In this document: positions 30,631 to 39,998 of the stretch, in pieces
How positions within the stretch are numbered: position 1 is the stretch's first letter
Layout of the letters: the number at the start of each line of letters is the position of its first letter
Origin: Tolypothrix carrinoi HA7290-LM1
Lineage (GTDB): Bacteria; Cyanobacteriota; Cyanobacteriia; Cyanobacteriales; Nostocaceae
Direction of reading: 5' to 3'
Assembly (NCBI GenBank): GCA_019358935.1
Contig: JAHHIK010000055.1
Location: forward strand, 1-55,518
Length of the DNA stretch: 55,518 bases
Translations under genes and position numbers: made by a program
Notes under the pieces: model-generated
Seen by the model: only the letters and a program-made list of their open reading frames with translations
Database searches by the model: none
Told to the model about the DNA's origin: nothing

Positions 30631-33600
30631 TCAGTTTCCCCTTACTAAATTTTCTAGTTTCGCGAGTTCCTCGGCAATTGATGCTTCTATTCCATCATCG
30701 GAAATCTCTTCTACCTGTGATAAAGCCAAGGCTTGCTCGTCTTCACCTTTAGGTAACTCCGTGTCACTTGCCGCAGGTAACTCCCAACCCATAACCTTCT
30801 TAGCCAGATATCCGGCAACATCTTTAATCGTCGGAAATTCAAAGGTTAAAGTCACTGGAAGAGAAACGCCAAAACTAGCTTCCAAACGGTTCTTTAGCTC
30901 GACTGCCATCAGAGAGTCCATGCCCATGTCAAAAAAACCTTGTTGCGAATCTGGCAATTTGGATGGCTCAAGCTTCAGTACCTTGGCGACTTCACCTTGA
31001 ATGTAAGCAGTTAAGACAGAGAAGCGATCGCTTGCCGAGTACTGTTTTAACTGTTGTAAAATATCACTCTTTGATACCTCTAACCTTTCAGTTTGTAGCT
31101 GTGTTTGGTTCTTAAGTTCGGAAAGCAGCGGGGATAACTCAGAGAAGGGCAAATTTAAAAGAAGTTGCGACCAGTTAACCGACACCACTCCAACCTGAGA
31201 CAGGTCTTGTTGAAGTAACAGTTGCAGCATTTCTAATCCTTGCTGGGGTGCAATTCTCTCAATCCCTAAACGAGCAAGACCCTCATGTGCCTTACGTCCG
31301 TAGGGTGTAGCTGCGTGACCAATATCAGCCCAAGGTCCCCAATTGATGCTCAGAGCAGGTTGACCGTGAGCACGTCGGTGATGTGCCAGAGCATCAAGAA
31401 AAGCATTGGCTGCTGCATAGTTTCCTTGACCGGGCATACTCACCAGGCAAGCAGCAGAAGAGAAAAGAACGAAGAAATCCAAAGGGCTATTCTGCGTTAG
31501 AGTATGTAGATTCCAAGCACCCTCAACCTTAGCTGTTCTAACCTTGATAAAGCGCTGCCAGTCTTGCTGAACCAATAAGCTATCGTCAAGAACTCCTGCT
31601 AAGTGAACAACACCGCGTAGCGGCAGTTGAGAGCGCTCGATATCTGCAATAACTTTGGCTACTTGCTCTTGACTAGATACATCTAAGAGTACTGTCTTGA
31701 CTTCAACACCAAGCTTTTTGAATTCGCTCAACGTTTGATTAGCTGTCTCGGAAGCTGCACTACGTCCTAACAGCACCAGATGTTTTGCTCCTCGCTCGAC
31801 CATCCAACGTGCAACCAACAGTCCCAAACCGCCTAACCCACCAGTAATCAAGTAGGTGGCGTCAGGTAATAAATCCGATTGTCTAACTGGCAAGAGCATT
31901 TTCCTGGCATATCTCAGGCGGGCGACATAACGCTGTTCCTGACGGAAAGCTATTTGGTTTTCTCCATCTGGATTTTGTATGGTATTAAACAGCAGCCCAG
32001 CAGCTTCGTCCAATGACGATGACCGTTCGAGATCCACAAGTGTTGTTGGAAGGTTTGGGTATTCAACAGAGACCACTCGTCCCAATCCCCATAAAGGTGC
32101 CTGAGCAACTGCCAACGTTGTAGACTCCTTACTAACTGGCTGTGTTCCCTTAGTTACAAACCATATAGGCAGCTTTGTTGTCGCTGTCTGAGCCAGTGCT
32201 TGAATTAAGTGCAAGGCGCTAGCAACACTTAATACCTGATCTTTCTCTAGAGTAGCGATGGTCGTCTCTTCTAGAGGCGTTGTGTCTAAACTCCACAAAT
32301 GCACCACACCCAGGCAAGGCGATCGCGTCTCCCCCAGTATGGTCTGAATTAACTGATGCATTTGTTCTGGAACGCTGGGGTTGAGACAAAATTGCCCCTC
32401 CAGTGAAACCTTGTAGGCTTCACCTGGGGTAACCATAAAGCAGGTTTCTCCTCGTGCTTTTAACAGTGCTGCCAGCTTTTGTCCTATACCACTCTTGTCT
32501 GTAAATATCAGCCAGCTACCTGGCTGTTGTGGTGGCAGAGACTCTTTTTCTTCTTGCAGCTTGAGCTGCCACTGTAGTTCGTAAAGCCAATCCTGTAGAG
32601 AATTTGTATGCGTTTCTACAAGGTTATCTTGGTTACTACGTTTAACTCCGTGGGTAGTTCGCTGTAATCGCAACCCAGAAACAGTGACTACTACATTCCC
32701 TAACCGATCCAGAAGGTGCACATCTCCTTCCAATAATGGGTCAGCACTATTGCTTACCTCTGACCGCAGAACAGCGTGACTCCAAAGGGTCTGGTCAATG
32801 CGACCGTGGAGTTCCAAACTGCGAAGACCAGCAGGTATGTAAAGCGTACCGCTATTATTTGAAAGACTGTAAGTTGGTAGTGCAGCTACTAACACTTGGA
32901 AACAAGCATCCAAGAATGCCGGGTGGATTTTGTAAGCATCTGCTGATGGTTTGAGTTCTTCAAGTAGCTGCACTAGCCCTAAGGCTTCCCCATCACGTCG
33001 CCAGATGTGTTCTATACCCTGAAAACTCGCTTCCAACTGCACGCTGTATTGGCGCAACTTGTGATAAAATTCCGAACCAGCAATTTCCTCTTGACATCGA
33101 GCTTGGATTTGTTCTGGTAGTTCTAAACTAGAATTAGCACCATTAGTTGAAGTTGCCGAAAAACTTAACTCGGCAGTCAAGGTTTCGGGTACAGTTAAAG
33201 AACGATGTAGCGGCGATCGCTTTTGAGCGACATTATTGTAACGCTCTTGGAGTTGATTTAAATAAGGTAGATGCTTTAAAATTAAATCTGCGCTAGGTCC
33301 AAAGTCGAGCAGACAAGCTGCTTCATCGACACCTATACTATCTAATTGCTCTAGCAAATTAACACAGGTTTCTGGTGTTCCGATGAGTCCTCTAGAAGAA
33401 GCAAATCTTTCAAATAAGAAATTAACAAAATCATCCAGGTCTTTTGGAGACATGGCAGCGATATTTATGCTGTGACCTCTACTGCTGCCAAGATTCTTAA
33501 GCAGACCGATGTTTGACTTGAGATATTCGCAGTAGGGTGCGCGAACCAGCTCGCGGACAACATTCATGTCCTCTCCAACAAAGGTATGCAACATCACCGT

Positions 33601-34275
33601 TACCACACCTGTTTGGGGATCGTGTCCGTGCTTCGCGCGTGCCTGGCGATAAAGGGCAATTTTTTCGGCTAACTGCTCAATGCTCTGATCTAGTAGATGA
33701 GTCAAAAGATTGGCACCAATCTCCCCAGCTTTAATAAAAGTTTGGGGGCTTCCGGCAGCTGTGAGCCAAACAGGTAATTCTTTTTGGATTGGCGTTGGGT
33801 AGATCCGCAGATCAATCTGGTTCCCAATGCCATTTGTTGCCTGGATGGATTCCCCCTGCCACAGTTTTTGTACTATCTCGATGCCAGAAAACATTTCTTT
33901 ATGGCGATCTTGATATTTTTCTGGAAAGAAAGCAAAGTCATCAGGGTTCCAGCCAGGAGCAAAGGAAATTCCTACCCTACCTCCGGACAAATTATCGACA
34001 ACAGCCCACTCTTCCGCAATCCGAATGGGATTGTGTATTGGCACTACCACACTACCAGCCTGCAAGCGGAGGTGCTTAGTTTCCCTTGCTAGTGCCGCGT
34101 GCAACACTGCTGGATTTGGGTAAAGACATCCAAACTTTGTAAAATGCCGTTCTGGTACCCACAAACTAGAAAAGCCGTGTTGGTCTGCAAATTTAGCACT
34201 GTCAATAACCAGATGATATTTATCTCCGATTAAAGCTTCTTCACTGCTGGCAAAAAACATTAAGCCGAACTGCAT
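30631..34275 (-). CDS. PKS half-module: luciferase-like monooxygenase - C-terminal half of DH - KR - ACP
   Basis: N-terminus MQFGLMFFAS...WVPERHFTKFGCLYPNP (LLM, about aa 1-345); DH second half [45 protein letters not shown] 8 nt before the ATG. Confidence 0.9.
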   Translation of the reverse strand: MQFGLMFFASSEEALIGDKYHLVIDSAKFADQHGFSSLWVPERHFTKFGCLYPNPAVLHAALARETKHLRLQAGSVVVPIHNPIRIAEEWAVVDNLSGGRVGISFAPGWNPDDFAFFPEKYQDRHKEMFSGIEIVQKLWQGESIQATNGIGNQIDLRIYPTPIQKELPVWLTAAGSPQTFIKAGEIGANLLTHLLDQSIEQLAEKIALYRQARAKHGHDPQTGVVTVMLHTFVGEDMNVVRELVRAPYCEYLKSNIGLLKNLGSSRGHSINIAAMSPKDLDDFVNFLFERFASSRGLIGTPETCVNLLEQLDSIGVDEAACLLDFGPSADLILKHLPYLNQLQERYNNVAQKRSPLHRSLTVPETLTAELSFSATSTNGANSSLELPEQIQARCQEEIAGSEFYHKLRQYSVQLEASFQGIEHIWRRDGEALGLVQLLEELKPSADAYKIHPAFLDACFQVLVAALPTYSLSNNSGTLYIPAGLRSLELHGRIDQTLWSHAVLRSEVSNSADPLLEGDVHLLDRLGNVVVTVSGLRLQRTTHGVKRSNQDNLVETHTNSLQDWLYELQWQLKLQEEKESLPPQQPGSWLIFTDKSGIGQKLAALLKARGETCFMVTPGEAYKVSLEGQFCLNPSVPEQMHQLIQTILGETRSPCLGVVHLWSLDTTPLEETTIATLEKDQVLSVASALHLIQALAQTATTKLPIWFVTKGTQPVSKESTTLAVAQAPLWGLGRVVSVEYPNLPTTLVDLERSSSLDEAAGLLFNTIQNPDGENQIAFRQEQRYVARLRYARKMLLPVRQSDLLPDATYLITGGLGGLGLLVARWMVERGAKHLVLLGRSAASETANQTLSEFKKLGVEVKTVLLDVSSQEQVAKVIADIERSQLPLRGVVHLAGVLDDSLLVQQDWQRFIKVRTAKVEGAWNLHTLTQNSPLDFFVLFSSAACLVSMPGQGNYAAANAFLDALAHHRRAHGQPALSINWGPWADIGHAATPYGRKAHEGLARLGIERIAPQQGLEMLQLLLQQDLSQVGVVSVNWSQLLLNLPFSELSPLLSELKNQTQLQTERLEVSKSDILQQLKQYSASDRFSVLTAYIQGEVAKVLKLEPSKLPDSQQGFFDMGMDSLMAVELKNRLEASFGVSLPVTLTFEFPTIKDVAGYLAKKVMGWELPAASDTELPKGEDEQALALSQVEEISDDGIEASIAEELAKLENLVRGN

Positions 34276-37200
34276 AATTTTTTCTCCTGTTCGTTACTGT
34301 GAGCAATTTTTGCAGTTGCGTGCAGTGTCCACTTTTTAGAGGATGGGTCTGCATCTGTTGGGCGGCTGTAAACTTGAAAAGATGTTAAGCCATCCACATC
34401 AGTAGCAAGGATAATCTGAACGGTTTGAGTGCCATTCTCAGGAATGAAGAGTACATTGTGCAGTTCCAAATCCCTGACTTGGTGAAATCCCCCAAAAACT
34501 TCTTCGCAAGCAACCAAAGCCATTTCTAAGTAAACTGCGACAGGTACAACTGCGGCTCCAAGGAGTCGATGCTGCGTTAGATAAGGGAGGCGGCGCTTAT
34601 CAAGCTCAATTTCCCAAAAGTAATGGTTGGGAAGATGCGCTAGGTTTTTTAATTGAGGACCTAAAAGCGGATGTCCCTTGGTATCGTTTGAGTTCTGCCA
34701 AGTTTCCAGAGGCTGCGAGTTTTTCGATGGTAGTTTTGTCTCAATCCAATAGCGCGATCGCTCCCACGGATAAGTCGGTAAATTCACTCTTTGTCCCTGA
34801 TTTTCTTGGTAAAAACCAGACCAGTCTACGTCTACTCCATGTACGTACAGTTCCCCCAAACTTTCGAGCATTTGCTGACAATCTGACTGTCCTTGGCGCA
34901 AACTGGGGAGCCAAACTCCCTCGACTGCGGGCAAGCAGTTGCGACCCATCCCCAACAACGTTGGTTTTGGTCCAATCTCCACAAACACCTCATAACCAGA
35001 GGTATGAAGTGTCTTTAAACTTTCAGCAAATTCTACGGGGGAACGTAAATGGCGACACCAGTAGTCAGGGGTGATATCTGATGTCAGTTGCTCACCCGTG
35101 AGGTTGGAGACGACCGTCATTTGGGGAGCTGCGTAGGTAACATTGTCCGCCACCTCACGGAATTGAGCCAGTATCGGCTCCATCAGTGGTGAGTGGAAGG
35201 CGTGGGAGGTTTGTAGCTTTTTAGTTTTAATTTTTGCTGCTTCTAATTGGGTACAGATTGCCTGCACTGCTTGCGCCTCTCCAGAAATTACGGTGTTCTG
35301 CAACCCATTATAAGCGGCAAATGATACTTTTTTATTATCAATTTCATGAAGTTTCCGTATAAATGCGGGTGAGGCAAACACTGCTACCATCTCACCACCA
35401 GTCGGCAAACTCTGCATCAAGCGGGCACGTTCGCTGATGAGCTTTAGTCCATCCTCCAAGGTGAAGACTCCCGCTACAGTTGCAGCGACGTATTCCCCTA
35501 CACTATGACCCATCACCGCTGATGGGTCAATGCCCCAAGATTTCCACAATTGCACCAAAGCATATTCTAGGGCGAATAAAGCAGGTTGGGTATAAGCGGT
35601 CTGGTCTAGCGGTGAAGCCTCGCCCGGTTTGGGATAGAGGACTTGCAGCAGTGACTGCCCCAAGTAGGGACGCAGAATTTCATCGCAGCGGTCGAGGGCT
35701 TGCCGGAAGATGGGCGCATTTTCGTAGAGTTGGCGTCCCATGCCCAAATACTGAGAGCCTTGACCAGTAAACAAAAACGCTATTTTCTGGCGCTTGCTGT
35801 TGTTTACCTGACCGCTTACTAGTTTGGCAGTCTCTTTCTTAGCAGCGAAGGCTTCTAGCTGTTCTCGTAACTGCACGGTAGATTCAGCAACTACGGCAAG
35901 GCGGTGGTTAAAATGCGATCGCCCCGTATTAGCAGTAAAACAAACATCGAAAAGCGATACTTCAGGATGAGACGCTAAGAAATCTACATAACTTTGTGCT
36001 AGTTCCGAAAGTGCCTTCTCGCTTTTTGCTGAAAGCGTCAAAAGGTGCATCTTGGGTTGAATATCATTAGCACTTGTGGTGGTAGGTGGTGCTTCTTCCA
36101 GGATGACATGACAATTTGTGCCACCGAAGCCAAATGAGCTTACCCCTGCCAAGCGGCGTTCTGTGAGCGCAACCCAAGGCTGGCGTTCAGTAGGGATAGA
36201 AAAAGTTGTTCCTTTTAGGGAAATATAAGGATTTAGCTGCTCCAAATGCAGATTCGGTGGTATCTCCGCGTGTTGCATTGAAAGTACCACCTTGATCAGT
36301 CCAGCAATTCCAGCAGCACCCTCTAAATGACCAATATTAGTTTTAACCGAGCCAATCCAACAGGGTTGATCTGGCTCCCGACCCTGCATTAGCACGGCTT
36401 TTAGGGATTTAACTTCGATTGGGTCTCCCAAAGAGGTGGCAGTGCCGTGAGCTTCAACATAGCTAATTTGCGTTGATGCCACGCCTGCATTTTCCAAGGC
36501 TTCACGGATAACCGCCTGTTGGGAAGGTCCATTGGGTGCTGTCAGTCCATTGCTCAGACCATCTTGGTTAACTGCTGAACCTTTGATAATTGCTTGAATA
36601 TTGTCTTTATCCCGAAGTGCATCTTTTAGGCGCTTAAGAACTACTATGCCGCAGCCCTCCCCCCTTACGTAACCGTTAGCACTTGCGTCAAAGGTTTTAC
36701 ACCGACCATCAGCTGACATCATGTGTGCTTGAGAGAAAGTTATGCTCGGCTCAGGGGACAGAATCAAGTTTACCCCTCCAACTAAGCACAGATTGGACTC
36801 GCCGTTCTGCAAACTTTGACACGCGAAGTGGACTGCAACCAAGGAAGAAGAGCAAGCAGTATCTAGTGCCACACTCGGTCCTCGTAAATCCAGCACATAG
36901 GATACGCGGTTAGCGGCAATGGAGAAAGCAGTTCCTGTACCGCTGTGTGCATTAATACCGGATAATTTCTGGTAGGTAAGTCTGTGATAGTCAGCATTAC
37001 ATATGCCGATAAAAACTCCAGTCTTGCTGCCTGCTAGCTTTTGCGGTACAATTGCGGCGTTTTCTAGAGCTTCCCAAGCGACCTCCAACAATAATCTTTG
37101 CTGGGGGTCCATCGGTTCTGCCTCACGAGGGGAAATGCCGAAGAAGCTTGGTTCAAATTGATCTACCTGCTCTAGGAAGCCACCCCAACGGGTATTCATT

Positions 37201-37376
37201 TTTTCTGGAGTAGCTGGCTTTGGGTCATACAAGGTGTCAATATCCCAGCGTTCTTTTGGTACTTCCGTAATGGTATCCACCCCGTTACGCAAGAGCTGCC
37301 AGAATGATTCTGGGTTGTTAGCACCAGGAAAACGACAGCCAGTACCGATAATTGCTATAGGTTCCATTTCCTTCAC
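34260..37376 (-). CDS. PKS half-module: KS-AT(malonyl)-N-terminal half of DH
   Basis: [30 protein letters not shown]; ends with HPLLG...HRLLGAAVVP (DH catalytic His motif)...WTLHATAKI, then stops. Start may be the ATG at 37367 (MEPIAIIG). Confidence 0.92.
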   Translation of the reverse strand: MKEMEPIAIIGTGCRFPGANNPESFWQLLRNGVDTITEVPKERWDIDTLYDPKPATPEKMNTRWGGFLEQVDQFEPSFFGISPREAEPMDPQQRLLLEVAWEALENAAIVPQKLAGSKTGVFIGICNADYHRLTYQKLSGINAHSGTGTAFSIAANRVSYVLDLRGPSVALDTACSSSLVAVHFACQSLQNGESNLCLVGGVNLILSPEPSITFSQAHMMSADGRCKTFDASANGYVRGEGCGIVVLKRLKDALRDKDNIQAIIKGSAVNQDGLSNGLTAPNGPSQQAVIREALENAGVASTQISYVEAHGTATSLGDPIEVKSLKAVLMQGREPDQPCWIGSVKTNIGHLEGAAGIAGLIKVVLSMQHAEIPPNLHLEQLNPYISLKGTTFSIPTERQPWVALTERRLAGVSSFGFGGTNCHVILEEAPPTTTSANDIQPKMHLLTLSAKSEKALSELAQSYVDFLASHPEVSLFDVCFTANTGRSHFNHRLAVVAESTVQLREQLEAFAAKKETAKLVSGQVNNSKRQKIAFLFTGQGSQYLGMGRQLYENAPIFRQALDRCDEILRPYLGQSLLQVLYPKPGEASPLDQTAYTQPALFALEYALVQLWKSWGIDPSAVMGHSVGEYVAATVAGVFTLEDGLKLISERARLMQSLPTGGEMVAVFASPAFIRKLHEIDNKKVSFAAYNGLQNTVISGEAQAVQAICTQLEAAKIKTKKLQTSHAFHSPLMEPILAQFREVADNVTYAAPQMTVVSNLTGEQLTSDITPDYWCRHLRSPVEFAESLKTLHTSGYEVFVEIGPKPTLLGMGRNCLPAVEGVWLPSLRQGQSDCQQMLESLGELYVHGVDVDWSGFYQENQGQRVNLPTYPWERSRYWIETKLPSKNSQPLETWQNSNDTKGHPLLGPQLKNLAHLPNHYFWEIELDKRRLPYLTQHRLLGAAVVPVAVYLEMALVACEEVFGGFHQVRDLELHNVLFIPENGTQTVQIILATDVDGLTSFQVYSRPTDADPSSKKWTLHATAKIAHSNEQEKKLCSSA

Positions 37377-37414
37377 GTATCATTACTAATGTGCTAGCCA
37401 ATTAAGGACGGGGA

Positions 37415-38287
37415 TTAATTACGAGGGTTGTCAATGCGGCGCATGGAAATTCGCAATAGGTCCATAGTTCCTATGTGGAAACCAATCTTACAAAAGTTGA
37501 GATATTTTTCATATTTGGCAACCACTTCCTCCCCAACCAGGTTGACTGCTTCTTCCCTGTTCGCTTTTAGCCTATTGAGCCAAACTTTGAGCGTGCGTTC
37601 GTAATGTTCGCGATCGTTTTGAAGTGTGACAATCTCGAAAATCCGTTCGCTCGCTTTGGCGATATCTGCAATAGTTGGTAAATCTGATTCGGGGAATATA
37701 TCATCGCCGATGAACTTGCTCATGTCTTGTTTGCGACAGTTACCATGAGCGATTGTTTGAAGCGATACCCAACCTCCTGGTTTCAGCCACTGGTGACAGC
37801 GCTGTAAAAATGTACGATAGCCCTCTATTTTCTCAGATTCGGAAAAATCCGGTTTAGCAAAGTGCTCGAAGGCACCAATGGAAATTATTGCGTCGTAAGG
37901 TTCTTTTGGAGAATGGTCTGACCAGCTCTCTAACTTAACTTCAATTTGTGGATGGTTCAACGACGCAATCCAGTCTGCCTGTGCCTTGCTCAAGGTCAGA
38001 CCAACACCCTGCTCAACACCATAGATTTCCACAAGGCGCTTTAATGTGGAACCCCAGCCGCAACCTACATCTAAAACTCGTTTGACACCCTTTGCTCTAG
38101 CCCGCTCAATATGAAAGTCAATTTTTCTTAACTGCGCTAATTCGAGGTCATCGTTTTCTTCCCAAAGCGCAGACGAATAAGTGTTGGTGCTGTCAAGCCA
38201 AATTCGATAAAAATCGTTACTCACATCATAATGATGCTGAATTGCCTCTACCGATGCACCAGGATTTTGAGTTTTCACAGAATTCAT
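37415..38287 (-). CDS. SAM-dependent methyltransferase, cyclopropane/mycolic-acid synthase (CMAS) family
   Basis: HHYDVSNDFY...TYSSALW, VLDVGCGWG, SIGAFEHF, IFPESDLP, HYERTL; 290 aa; GGAGG RBS upstream. Confidence 0.88.
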   Translation of the reverse strand: MNSVKTQNPGASVEAIQHHYDVSNDFYRIWLDSTNTYSSALWEENDDLELAQLRKIDFHIERARAKGVKRVLDVGCGWGSTLKRLVEIYGVEQGVGLTLSKAQADWIASLNHPQIEVKLESWSDHSPKEPYDAIISIGAFEHFAKPDFSESEKIEGYRTFLQRCHQWLKPGGWVSLQTIAHGNCRKQDMSKFIGDDIFPESDLPTIADIAKASERIFEIVTLQNDREHYERTLKVWLNRLKANREEAVNLVGEEVVAKYEKYLNFCKIGFHIGTMDLLRISMRRIDNPRN

Positions 38288-38319
38288 AGCAATGTCCTCC
38301 CTTTGACAAGCTGATTAAA

Positions 38320-38451
38320 AATTCATAATTGATAATTCATAATTATGTTTGGTGATGGGGATTTCAACCCCACCTGAAACTAGACTGCCTGTAGAGGCAC
38401 TCCTTTACAAACCCTTTTTAATTATGAATTATAAGTTAATAATTATGAATT
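38320..38451. repeat. Small element bounded by inverted heptamer (ATAATTC/GAATTAT) STRR-like repeats
   Basis: Left aattcataattgataattcataatt, right aattatgaattataagttaataattatgaatt, internal hairpin ggtgatgggg...ccccacc. Confidence 0.6.
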
Positions 38452-38595
38452 AGGTTGACCTGATTGTTGCTGATTTCAAAAACCCATTATTAGGGCGCAA
38501 ACCGCCTCACGCTCACCAGTTAACCGCACGTTTATTGCCAAGAAATGGTGAGGCGGTATATGCTTGACCTATTTTGGAGAGTTTTTTCCTAAGGC

Positions 38596-38934
38596 TTACA
38601 CGTTTACTTTCAATTCCTCAGCTAAATGCCGCGCCAGACCCTCAATGGTAGGGTAATCGTAGAGTAAAGTAGGATCGATTTCATATCCAAGCCAGTCCTG
38701 TAAGTCACCACTCAGACTTATTGCTGCTGAGGAATCCAGACCGTAGCGCTCGAAGGGAATCGTGACATCAATCTCATTTGAGTTAATTTCCAGTTGTTTT
38801 GCCAGATAGGAGACAAGCCAGACTTGAATTTCTGTTGCAGTCGGCGGCTCCTTTTGTGCATTTTTTTTCGCATCGGCATTGTTATTTCCAGAAATCGTAG
38901 GCATCTCGTTGACTTGAACATTCTGCATTTCCAT
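38596..38934 (-). CDS. Stand-alone acyl carrier protein (starter ACP)
   Basis: EIQVWLVSYLAKQLEI...FERYGLDSSAA...PTLLYDYPTIEGLA; downstream of FAAL and desaturase. Confidence 0.92.
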   Translation of the reverse strand: MEMQNVQVNEMPTISGNNNADAKKNAQKEPPTATEIQVWLVSYLAKQLEINSNEIDVTIPFERYGLDSSAAISLSGDLQDWLGYEIDPTLLYDYPTIEGLARHLAEELKVNV

Positions 38935-38990
38935 TGATTGTGCCTCTACAAGTTTAACTAAGACGTTTTTTCACACGGCGACTGAAAGTA

Positions 38991-39998
38991 CTAGGCGATT
39001 TTTTTGGCTTCTTTTTTGGCTTCTATCATGCCTGCTGTGGGAGACTTGACATCCCAGACTAGACCAATCATTTCAAGAACTCGAATTACCCAGTAACCGA
39101 GGTCAATTTGCCACCATGAGAGTCCGAACTTTGCTGAGTTTGGAAAAGCATGATGGTTGTTGTGCCACGCTTCCCCACCAGTGGGAATGGCTAGCCAGAT
39201 ATTGTTCCTACTCCAATCGCCTGTATCAAAGGGACGGTTGCCAAAAAGATGGGTGATTGAGTTAATGCTGTTGGTAGCCTGATATGTGAGGAACAAGCGG
39301 ACAAGACCACCCCACAAAAATCCTGATAGAACACCCATCCAAGTCTGGGTCAAAATTCCGCCTAAGATAGCAGGGATGAATAGACCCAGAAGTACCCAAA
39401 CGTAGTAAAGCTGGTTGACTTTGGAGATGACAGGATCTCGAAGCAAGTCTTTGGCAAATAGAAAAGTATTAGTGATTTCCTGGGTAAACGTCCAGCCAAC
39501 GTGGGAATGCCATAAACCCTGGAGAAAACCTAGCTGTTGATCGTCCTTGACATATGGAGAATGGCTATCCCCAGATTCATCGCTGAACTGGTGATGACGC
39601 CGATGAGTGCTCACCCAAAAAATGACCGGACCTTGGCAAGCCATAGACCCCAAAATGGCGAGTATAACTCTAACCCAAGTATGAGTCTTAAAGGTGCAGT
39701 GCGAAAACTGCCGATGAAAACCCACACTAATCGCAGTCACGGTCAAGACGTACATGGCGATTAACAGCCCTACTTCTATTGGACTAATTCCCGAACGCGA
39801 GGCTATGGCAATTGCTACTACCGTTCCAAGTAAAGGAATTAAGACACTAGCCAAGGCATGAAGCTGCTGTGGAGTTTTCAGGCGATCGCTTTTGATTGTT
39901 ATTTTCTGCTTATGAGGTGAACTCACAAGAGCTTCATCTGTTTTTGTGCTATCTAAATACATCGTCATTGGTTTAGTTTGATTGCTTTTGCTGTTCAC
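38991..39998 (-). CDS. Membrane-bound fatty acyl desaturase (delta-9-like, JamB-like context)
   Basis: Three histidine boxes HRQFSH, HRRHH, HNNHH with hydrophobic segments; GTG start overlaps the FAAL stop. Confidence 0.92.
   Translation of the reverse strand: MNSKSNQTKPMTMYLDSTKTDEALVSSPHKQKITIKSDRLKTPQQLHALASVLIPLLGTVVAIAIASRSGISPIEVGLLIAMYVLTVTAISVGFHRQFSHCTFKTHTWVRVILAILGSMACQGPVIFWVSTHRRHHQFSDESGDSHSPYVKDDQQLGFLQGLWHSHVGWTFTQEITNTFLFAKDLLRDPVISKVNQLYYVWVLLGLFIPAILGGILTQTWMGVLSGFLWGGLVRLFLTYQATNSINSITHLFGNRPFDTGDWSRNNIWLAIPTGGEAWHNNHHAFPNSAKFGLSWWQIDLGYWVIRVLEMIGLVWDVKSPTAGMIEAKKEAKKIA

Noticed and set aside
34260..34290. Junction read as a sequencing frameshift in the A-run
   Set aside because: A well-spaced AGGAG precedes an ATG exactly at the start of the LLM fold. 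Read data would be needed to exclude it fully.
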